Positions 55,463-64,000 of a DNA stretch of 64,000 bases are shown piece by piece. The notes below the pieces were generated by a model. The model was given only the letters and a program-made list of their open reading frames with translations, did no database searches and had not been told where the DNA came from. Source of the DNA: Clostridia bacterium (lineage in GTDB: Bacteria > Bacillota > Peptococcia > DRI-13 > SM3-B62). The number at the start of each line of letters is the position of its first letter. Positions within the stretch are counted from its first letter, which is position 1. The translations under genes and the position numbers were made by a program. The stretch covers positions 16,203 through 80,202 of the forward strand of contig JAHDSQ010000004.1 of NCBI GenBank assembly GCA_018432615.1. The letters run 5' to 3'.

Positions 55463-57136
55463 ATGAGCGTTATCACAACAGTCAAAGAACAAATCAGCCG
55501 GGAAATTAAGAATTCCTTGGAAAAAGCCAAGAAAGAAGGGAAATTATCATATGTCGACCTGCCCGACTATGTTATAGAAACGCCACGGGAAAAAGCCCAT
55601 GGGGATTTTGCTACAAACGTGGCGCTGCTTTTAAGTAAAGAGGCGAAAATGCCTCCTCGGGCTATAGCCCTGCTTATTGTGGAGAATTATGAGGATAACG
55701 AGAAGTTGATCGAAAAGATGGACATTGCAGGTCCGGGTTTTATCAACTTTTATCTAAATAATGAGCGGATGTATGAAGCCCTGCCGGTGGTTATCAAGGA
55801 GGATGAGAGCTATGGCAGGTCAAACTTTGGTAAGGGCGAAAAGGTTCAAGTGGAATTTGTCAGTGCTAATCCAACAGGTCTTTTACACATGGGCAATGCC
55901 AGAGGTGCGGCTCTGGGGGATACTTTAAGCAATTTGCTGGCAGCCGCCGGTTATGAGGTGACCCGTGAGTTTTACATAAATGATGCGGGAAATCAGATCG
56001 AAAACTTCGGTAAATCTCTGGAAGCAAGGTATTTGGAACTTTTGGGGCAGGAGGTGTCTTTCCCGGAAGAGGGTTACCACGGGGAGGATATCATTGTTAC
56101 CGTGAAGAATATTATCGACGAAGTCGGCGGCAAATATCTGAACATGGATGAAAAGCTGCGCCGGGAGTTCTTGATCCAGAAGGCTCTTGCCGAAAAGATA
56201 AATGCCATCAAGAGCGATTTGTCCCGTTTTGGTGTGGAATACGACGTTTGGTTCAGCGAACAAAGCCTGCATGATAGCGGGGCTATCAATAAAACCTTGC
56301 AGGAACTCAAAGAAAGAGAATATATCTATGAAAAAGAGGGTGCCCTTTGGTTTAAAACCACTCTTTTTGGAGAAGAAAAGGACGAAGTTATCGTTCGTTC
56401 CAACGGTTTGCCGACGTACTTTGCTGCAGACATTGCATATCACATGAACAAATTCGAACGAGGCTTCCAGAAGGTCATTAATATTTGGGGGGCCGACCAT
56501 CACGGTCATGTGGCAAGGATGAAGGGAGCTATGGGGGCTTTGGGCTATGAGCCGGAGCGTCTGCAGGTAATACTGATGCAGCTGGTACGTTTGTTCAGCG
56601 GCGGCGAAGCCGTTCGCATGTCCAAAAGAAGCGGTCAATATATTACGCTTTCCGAATTGATAGATGAGGTGGGCAAGGACGCAGCCCGGTACTTTTTCGT
56701 GATGCGCAGTTCGGATAGTCACTTGGATTTTAACCTAGATCTTGCCAAAGAAGAATCATCAGAAAATCCCGTTTATTATGTGCAATACGCCCATGCGCGG
56801 ATAAACAGTATACTTAAGGCGTTCTCTCATGACATGCCTACTGTAGAAGAGGTTGATTTCCGTCTGTTGCAGGAGGACGCTGAAATAGAGTTGATCAAAA
56901 AAATTGCAGCCCTACCTGAGGAAATTACCGGGGCTGCGGTCAGTATGGAACCCCACCGCATGACCAGATATGCCCATGAACTCGCCTCCTTGTTCCATAG
57001 CTTCTACAATAGTTGTCGGGTATTGACGGACGATGATGAGCTGAAAAAGGCCAGAATATTATTGGTTGACGCTGTTCGCATCACCCTGCGTAATGTTTTG
57101 GGCTTATTGGGAGTATCCGCGCCGGAAAGGATGTAG
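55463..57136 (+). CDS. argS: Arginine--tRNA ligase
   Basis: HIGH-type motif (LLHMGNARG) and KMSKS-type motif (MSKRSG); 557 aa. Confidence 0.95.
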   Translation: MSVITTVKEQISREIKNSLEKAKKEGKLSYVDLPDYVIETPREKAHGDFATNVALLLSKEAKMPPRAIALLIVENYEDNEKLIEKMDIAGPGFINFYLNNERMYEALPVVIKEDESYGRSNFGKGEKVQVEFVSANPTGLLHMGNARGAALGDTLSNLLAAAGYEVTREFYINDAGNQIENFGKSLEARYLELLGQEVSFPEEGYHGEDIIVTVKNIIDEVGGKYLNMDEKLRREFLIQKALAEKINAIKSDLSRFGVEYDVWFSEQSLHDSGAINKTLQELKEREYIYEKEGALWFKTTLFGEEKDEVIVRSNGLPTYFAADIAYHMNKFERGFQKVINIWGADHHGHVARMKGAMGALGYEPERLQVILMQLVRLFSGGEAVRMSKRSGQYITLSELIDEVGKDAARYFFVMRSSDSHLDFNLDLAKEESSENPVYYVQYAHARINSILKAFSHDMPTVEEVDFRLLQEDAEIELIKKIAALPEEITGAAVSMEPHRMTRYAHELASLFHSFYNSCRVLTDDDELKKARILLVDAVRITLRNVLGLLGVSAPERM

Positions 57137-57171
57137 TGAACTTTACGGTTCGCGATGAGGAGAGTGGCCTA

Positions 57172-57564
57172 ATGGATGACTACAAGGGTATTAATCCCAA
57201 GCTGGATGAGGTAGAGATCGCTTATCGGCTCTTAAAAATGGGAGGGCAGAGTCAGAATTTTCGCGAGTTGGCTCAGGATGTCTTTGAAATCAAAGGTATC
57301 AAGGATAAAACCCCCCAACAAATGGCGGCATTCCATACTCAAATCAACCTGGATAGCAGATTTGCTTCTTTAGGACAGGGCAATTGGGGTCTAAGAGAAT
57401 GGGGGAAAGGAAAGGTGATCAGGCGTAATATTTCGCATACTTCAAGTAAGGGGACGCCCTTTTATCGTCGTTCACAAGAAAATTTGATTATAAAAAAGGC
57501 AGCACTGCTCAAGGCGAAAAAAATGACACCTCCCAATGGAACTCGCAGTGATGTTGAAGAATAG
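57172..57564 (+). CDS. rpoE: RNA polymerase delta subunit-like protein (HARE-HTH domain) without an acidic tail
   Basis: FHTQINLDSRFASLGQGNWGLREW matches the B. subtilis delta N-domain ([24 protein letters not shown]). It occupies the conserved position upstream of pyrG. The ATG at 57172 follows GAGGAGAG. Confidence 0.7.
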   Translation: MDDYKGINPKLDEVEIAYRLLKMGGQSQNFRELAQDVFEIKGIKDKTPQQMAAFHTQINLDSRFASLGQGNWGLREWGKGKVIRRNISHTSSKGTPFYRRSQENLIIKKAALLKAKKMTPPNGTRSDVEE

Positions 57565-57660
57565 CGACAAAATGCAAAATGCGAACTTTAAACTTTATGG
57601 TGTTTATGATGTTGACTGTCAGAAAGGGGAAGTATAAAATTTAAAAGGTATGTAAATTAA

Positions 57661-59298
<1,638 letters not shown>

Positions 59299-59452
59299 CA
59301 ATACTAGTTTTTATCAAGCAGAAAAGGCTGTTTCCTACACGAATGTTCGCCGGGGGCAGCCCTTTTGTTGTTCGCCTTGAAGGACAAGCCGGATGAGCTG
59401 TATAGATTCGAAAATACAATGGTTAGAATAATGGATAATAGGGGAGGTCCTT

Positions 59453-60544
59453 ATGTACCACGCCAAGTTGATTGGACAAAAGGAAAAAAAATATTACAAC
59501 GACTTTGTCGCCGCCGCCGCCAAAGGACATATTCTCCAGTCGTATGAATGGGGTGAAATCAAAGGCAAGGGCGAATGGCAGCCCCTAAGGCTGTTGCTGG
59601 AAGATTCTGCCGGGAATCCCCAGGCGGCTATCAGCATCTTGCAGAGAAAAATTCCTGTGCTGGGTAAAAATATTTTTTATGCCCCGCGAGGACCGGTAGG
59701 GGATATTCATGATGAGGTGCTAATGGACAGCCTATTTGCGGAAGTCAAAAAGCTGGCCCAAAAACGTCAAGCGATTTTTCTAAAATTAGACCCGGACATT
59801 CCTTCAACAGATATGGTTTTTCGGAATTACCTCCAAAAAAGAGGATTTATTTCGGCGGAGAAGGGGGAGGGTTTTTCGGGAGTACAGCCGAAATATGTAT
59901 TTCGTCTCGATATTACTCCGGATGAGGAAACGCTTTTTGCCAACCTTCATCATAAAACCCGCTACAACATCAGATTGGCGCAGAAAAGAGGAGTGGAGGT
60001 CCGGGATGATTGCGGCAAGGACGAGCTGCCGGAATTTTACCGGATACTAAAAGAAACAACAGAACGAGATAAATTTTTGGTCCGTTCCTATGATTATTTT
60101 GCGGATCTCTGGGATTATCTGATGCCGGCAGGATATTTGAAGCTTTTTATGGCCTATTATCAAGAAAAGGCCATAGCAGGTACGCTGGCCTTTGTTTTCG
60201 GTGACAAGGCCTGGTATATTTACGGGGCTTCCTCCAACGAACATCGTAATGTGATGCCTAATTACCTGTTGCAATGGGAAATGATCAGATGGGCCCAAAA
60301 AAGTGACTGTGTCATGTATGATTTCCGGGGTGTTCCCGGCAATCTTTCCGAGGACAATCCGCTTTATGGACTCTATCGTTTTAAGAAGGGTTTTAACGGG
60401 GAGTATACGGAGTTTGTGGGTGAGTATGATTTGGTCTTTTCGCCCTTTTACTATAAGCTGTGGACAAACCTGGAACCGATATATCAGAAAAATATTCGCC
60501 GGCTCATCGGCTTGAAAAATCGGGTTAAACCAGCAGGAAACTGA
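59453..60544 (+). CDS. FemAB-family peptidoglycan interpeptide-bridge aminoacyltransferase
   Basis: N-terminal HILQSYEWGEIK and a duplicated GNAT-like architecture typical of FemX/FemAB. Confidence 0.8.
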   Translation: MYHAKLIGQKEKKYYNDFVAAAAKGHILQSYEWGEIKGKGEWQPLRLLLEDSAGNPQAAISILQRKIPVLGKNIFYAPRGPVGDIHDEVLMDSLFAEVKKLAQKRQAIFLKLDPDIPSTDMVFRNYLQKRGFISAEKGEGFSGVQPKYVFRLDITPDEETLFANLHHKTRYNIRLAQKRGVEVRDDCGKDELPEFYRILKETTERDKFLVRSYDYFADLWDYLMPAGYLKLFMAYYQEKAIAGTLAFVFGDKAWYIYGASSNEHRNVMPNYLLQWEMIRWAQKSDCVMYDFRGVPGNLSEDNPLYGLYRFKKGFNGEYTEFVGEYDLVFSPFYYKLWTNLEPIYQKNIRRLIGLKNRVKPAGN

Positions 60545-60583
60545 CGAGACAATGAGAATTCAGAAGAAAAGGAAGGGTAGAAA

Positions 60584-61789
60584 ATGGGTCTTTTGGCCAA
60601 AACAAAAAGCCGAGTCGAGATCGATCTGGATGCCGTAAAACACAATTACCGGGAAGTACAAAAGAAAGTCAAAGCGGAAGTAAAAATACTGGGTGTTGTG
60701 AAGGCGGATGCTTATGGCCTTGGAGCGGTGGAAGCCGGTCGGGTTTTGGAGCGTGAAGGCATTGAGATGCTGGGTGTGACAAATGTCGCAGAAGGCAAGG
60801 AACTGAGAGAAGCAGGTATTTCCGTGCCTATCCTGGTTTTTGGACCCTTTTTGCAGGAGGAAATGCGGGACATTATTGACAGTAATCTGACGGTCACAAT
60901 AGGGGCCAGAGAGGGCTTAGTCTTTTTAAGACAAGTGCCGGCAGGAATAAACCGCAAGATAAAGGTCCATTTAAAGGTGGAGACTGGTTTTGGCAGAACG
61001 GGGTTTTGGCCGGGGGAGGTTGTTGAGGCGGCCTGTGAGCTTAAATCCATGGCCGGGGTAGAGCTGGAAGGGGTGTATTCTCATTTGGCCACAGCCATGT
61101 GGCGGGAAAAAGGATATGCACAAAGCCAGTTCCGCTTGTTTAAAGAAGCGATGGATGCTTTGGAAGCAGCCGGTTTCCGAGATTTGATCAGACATATTTG
61201 CAACAGTGCGGCGCTGATTGAGCTTCCAAATATGCACCTGGATATGGTCAGGGTGGGCACTGTGCTTTTTGGACAGTATCCGAATGCCCATCTGCGGGAA
61301 AGTCTTTCCCTCCGGAATCCCTGGACGTTGAAGACAAGGGTCGTTTCTTTGCGGGAATTGCCGCCGGGACATAACGTAGGTTATAGCAAGGCATATAAAA
61401 CAAAACACAAAACCAAGGTTGCCGTTATATCTCTTGGTTTTGCGGACGGGTTGCAGGTAGAGCCGATGCTCAAACCCTCCGGTTTTATGGAATTGCTCAA
61501 AAGAATGCTCAAACCCCTTCTGCAATACCTTGATATTAAAAGAGCCGCTCAGCCGGTTTTTTTTGAAGAAGGCGAAGGTCGCGTTATTGGCAAAGCCGGT
61601 ATGCAACTGACAATGGTGGATGTCAGCAATGTGCCGGGGTTAAAGATTGGTTCCTGGGCTACGGTTCCTGTTCGGAGGACCGCCGTAAGTCCGCTCATGC
61701 CTAGGGTGTACTTTGAGAACGGGGAGATTAAATCCTTCAGGGAAGGAAGGATAATAACCACCGAGGCAAAAGGACTTGCCGCAAAATAG
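60584..61789 (+). CDS. alr: Alanine racemase
   Basis: PLP-lysine motif VVKADAYGLG and a C-terminal beta domain. Confidence 0.9.
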   Translation: MGLLAKTKSRVEIDLDAVKHNYREVQKKVKAEVKILGVVKADAYGLGAVEAGRVLEREGIEMLGVTNVAEGKELREAGISVPILVFGPFLQEEMRDIIDSNLTVTIGAREGLVFLRQVPAGINRKIKVHLKVETGFGRTGFWPGEVVEAACELKSMAGVELEGVYSHLATAMWREKGYAQSQFRLFKEAMDALEAAGFRDLIRHICNSAALIELPNMHLDMVRVGTVLFGQYPNAHLRESLSLRNPWTLKTRVVSLRELPPGHNVGYSKAYKTKHKTKVAVISLGFADGLQVEPMLKPSGFMELLKRMLKPLLQYLDIKRAAQPVFFEEGEGRVIGKAGMQLTMVDVSNVPGLKIGSWATVPVRRTAVSPLMPRVYFENGEIKSFREGRIITTEAKGLAAK

Positions 61790-61813
61790 CTTCAATGGGG
61801 GAGAGGACTGCCA

Positions 61814-62182
61814 ATGGAAACTGCTGATATGCTTCTGATTGTGGATGACCACGAAGGCATCAGAGGGTTATTGAAAGAGACGTGCTTATTGCTAGGATAC
61901 GAAGTGCTAACGGCGGCAAACGGCAAAGAGGCTTTAGAACTAATCGGCAGTAACGACATCAAGGCAGCATTGGTTGATATGGAAATGCCGGGACTAAGCG
62001 GACTGGAAACCATAGAAAGGATGTGCAGGATTGTTCCACAGATTAAGGCTGTCGTCATGACAGGGTACGGAGGGTCTCTGCTTTTAGAGGATGCTATCAA
62101 GCACGGGGCATGCGCAATGCTAAAAAAGCCTTTTGATCTTGAAGGGATCAAGAGTTTGTTGAAAAGAATATTGCAGCCATAA
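61814..62182 (+). CDS. spo0F: Single-domain response regulator, Spo0F-like
   Basis: It aligns along its full length with B. subtilis Spo0F (LIVDDxxGIRxLL, AANGxxAL, DMxxPGxxGxE, MTxYG, KPFD). The position upstream of fba matches Bacillus synteny. Confidence 0.65.
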   Translation: METADMLLIVDDHEGIRGLLKETCLLLGYEVLTAANGKEALELIGSNDIKAALVDMEMPGLSGLETIERMCRIVPQIKAVVMTGYGGSLLLEDAIKHGACAMLKKPFDLEGIKSLLKRILQP

Positions 62183-62306
62183 TAAGGTAAAACAGGGAGT
62201 ACAACTTTTCTTGCTGCGTGGAAGGAATTTAGCTGATGATGAAGAATACTTGATTGTAAACAGTTAAGATACCCAACGATTAAGCGGTAGGAAAGGAGGA
62301 GACGTA

Positions 62307-62969
62307 ATGCTAATATCTGCCCGCACGACAATTGCCTTGCGTTGCCCGAATTGCGGCAGATTAGTCTTGCTTTCCGTATCCCGCTTTGATTTTGGTCGAA
62401 AAGAGAGTATCGGTATGACCTGCGAATGCGGGGAAGCTGTTTTAGAAATAACGAAAAAAGGGAAAACACACTTTTGCTTGCAAGTTGAGTGTATAATGTG
62501 CGAAGCAAAGCATACTTTTACATATAAGTCGATAAACATGTGGAGTGATGAGGTAAAAACCATTAGCTGTGAAAATACAGGGATGGAGATTGGCTTGTTT
62601 GGGCAAAGAGATCTGGTGAAAGAAAATATAAAAGCCATTGATAAATCGGTGCGACAAATGCTTAAAGATGTCGAATATGACGGATATTTTTCCAACACCG
62701 GGATTATGAGGCGTGTTTTGGAATATGTGAATGATTTGAACGGACAAGGGCTTGTTTCCTGCAGTTGTGGCAACAACCGTTTAGAGGTGGAGGTGTTTCC
62801 GGACAGGATAGAGTTGACCTGTCCGCACTGTCAGGCTGTGGGGATTTTGTTTGCCGAGACTCCCCGGGATTTAAACCGTGTGTGCAATTTAGGAAATATC
62901 CTTTTGGAGGCCGGTTCATATAAGTATCTGGATGACAGCAAGCTGCGCAAGTATTGGCCTGTAGAATAA
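62307..62969 (+). CDS. Hypothetical protein with multiple CxxC zinc-ribbon-like motifs
   Basis: CPNC, CECG, CIMC, CSCG and CPHC. Strong RBS AAAGGAGGAG. Confidence 0.6.
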   Translation: MLISARTTIALRCPNCGRLVLLSVSRFDFGRKESIGMTCECGEAVLEITKKGKTHFCLQVECIMCEAKHTFTYKSINMWSDEVKTISCENTGMEIGLFGQRDLVKENIKAIDKSVRQMLKDVEYDGYFSNTGIMRRVLEYVNDLNGQGLVSCSCGNNRLEVEVFPDRIELTCPHCQAVGILFAETPRDLNRVCNLGNILLEAGSYKYLDDSKLRKYWPVE

Positions 62970-63140
62970 GCGACAAGAATTCGATAACAGCCGAATCAGC
63001 ATAGTCGGAGCAATGTTAAAGGCAGAGATAAAGCCTTTTTTCTTTGTCCCGGTGTAAATACTCATATAAATGGTGTTATTAGGAAAGAATTTACATCATA
63101 TAAACTTAATAATTAAAATACGAAAGAGGGGGTAATATTC

Positions 63141-63995
63141 ATGTCACTGGTAACTGTCAAGGAACTGTTGCAAAAAGCGGAAAAGGGCGGATACGCGGTA
63201 GGGGCCTTTAACTGCAATAATATGGAGATAGTTCAGGCTATCGTTCAAGCGGCTGAGGCCGAGAATGCCCCGGTCATTATCCAGGCCAGTCAAGGGGCCA
63301 TTAAGTACGCGGGGTTGGATTTTATCGTTGGTTTGGTCAATATTGCCGCCGGTAAAGCTACTGTCCCCGTGGCCCTGCATTTGGATCACGGCACGGATTT
63401 CGTCCAGGTCGTCAGGTGTATCAAAAGCGGGTTTACATCGGTCATGTATGACGGCTCGAAACTGCCCTTGGAAGAAAACATCATGATGACGAAAAAGGTT
63501 GTTGAGATAGCACAGGCGGTGGGGGTTTCCACCGAAGCAGAGCTTGGCAAAATCGGGGGTACCGAGGACGATGTGAGGGTATCGGATAAGGAAGCGATGA
63601 TGACAGATCCCCAGGAGGCTAAAGTTTTTGCCGAAAGCACCGGTGTAGATGCGTTGGCGGTAGCCATTGGAACCGCTCATGGACAGTATAAGTTTGAGCC
63701 GAAGTTGGATTTTGCCAGGCTGGTGAAAATCAAAGAGTTGGTTGATATACCCATCGTTTTGCACGGTTCTTCGGGAGTGCCGGACCAAGATATCAAGAAG
63801 GCTATTTCCTTGGGTGTACGCAAGGTTAATATAGATACGAATATCAGAGAGGCTTTTGTCAGAGGAGTACACGAGGTTGTCCGGAATAAGCCGCAGGAAA
63901 TAGATCCGCGGAAGATACTGGGTCCCGCCAAAGAGAAAATGGCGGAGATAATCAGGGAAAAAATACGTCTTTTCGGCAGCAGCGGCAAAGCTTAG
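63141..63995 (+). CDS. fba: Class II fructose-1,6-bisphosphate aldolase
   Basis: GAFNCNNME, LHLDHG and GTAHG motifs; 284 aa. Confidence 0.95.
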   Translation: MSLVTVKELLQKAEKGGYAVGAFNCNNMEIVQAIVQAAEAENAPVIIQASQGAIKYAGLDFIVGLVNIAAGKATVPVALHLDHGTDFVQVVRCIKSGFTSVMYDGSKLPLEENIMMTKKVVEIAQAVGVSTEAELGKIGGTEDDVRVSDKEAMMTDPQEAKVFAESTGVDALAVAIGTAHGQYKFEPKLDFARLVKIKELVDIPIVLHGSSGVPDQDIKKAISLGVRKVNIDTNIREAFVRGVHEVVRNKPQEIDPRKILGPAKEKMAEIIREKIRLFGSSGKA

Positions 63996-64000
63996 AAAAG

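Noticed and set aside
55925-56722. A 265-aa ORF on the minus strand inside argS. Similar long antisense ORFs occur at 63144-63872 (in fba), 61792-62508 and 60971-61606 (in alr and the spo0F-like gene).
   Set aside because: Each lies fully antisense to a gene with unmistakable family motifs. They have no RBS and low-complexity or odd composition. These are typical shadow ORFs.
59299-59452. A possible terminator after pyrG (AAAAGGCTG ... CAGCCCTTTT).
   Set aside because: The stem is short with a bulge, and the loop is 26 nt. It is too weak to call confidently.

Overview
The window looks like a chromosomal segment from a spore-forming Firmicute. The lineage guess (Clostridia, Peptococcaceae/Desulfitobacteriaceae-like) is inference from gene content, synteny and RBS style only. 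About 60 protein genes are supportable. I saw no rRNA, tRNA or CRISPR.

Layout:
- 0-8 kb: a partial FAD oxidoreductase and a CBS-PAS sigma-54 activator. Next to them is a minus-strand cadC / P1B-ATPase / CDF metal-efflux operon, split by a TnpB-only IS200/IS605-family element inserted into the 3' end of cadC.
- 8-18 kb: housekeeping and accessory genes (buk, a lipoprotein, an AAE-type transporter with an FMN dehydrogenase, an ABC-F ATPase, MoxR-DUF58-DUF4129).
- 18-32.3 kb: a visibly more A+T-rich island. It encodes two MmgE/PrpD-family proteins, a LeuCD-type aconitase-family hydro-lyase, a TRAP transporter, a LarA-like racemase/epimerase, an HD protein, a DUF1847 protein, an NADP isocitrate dehydrogenase and a PrpR-like sigma-54 activator. 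Two near-identical -24/-12 promoters drive it. Each has a related palindrome centred about 108 bp upstream.
- 32-40 kb: an OmpR-type two-component system, topB, and a soluble PAS-GAF kinase with a LuxR-type regulator.
- 39.8-41.5 kb: a cynS-HPP-beta carbonic anhydrase operon.
- 41.5-64 kb: lysE-family gene, ABC_ATPase, metF, an ECF sigma envelope module, rlpA-like gene, GHL10, hisJ-type PHP, marR-MATE, sleB-ypeB, argS, rpoE-like gene, pyrG, femAB-family gene, alr, spo0F-like gene, a zinc-ribbon protein and fba.

The best candidate for an undescribed system is the sigma-54-controlled hydroxy-/tricarboxylate island. All functional calls rest on motifs read from the translations. No database search was run.
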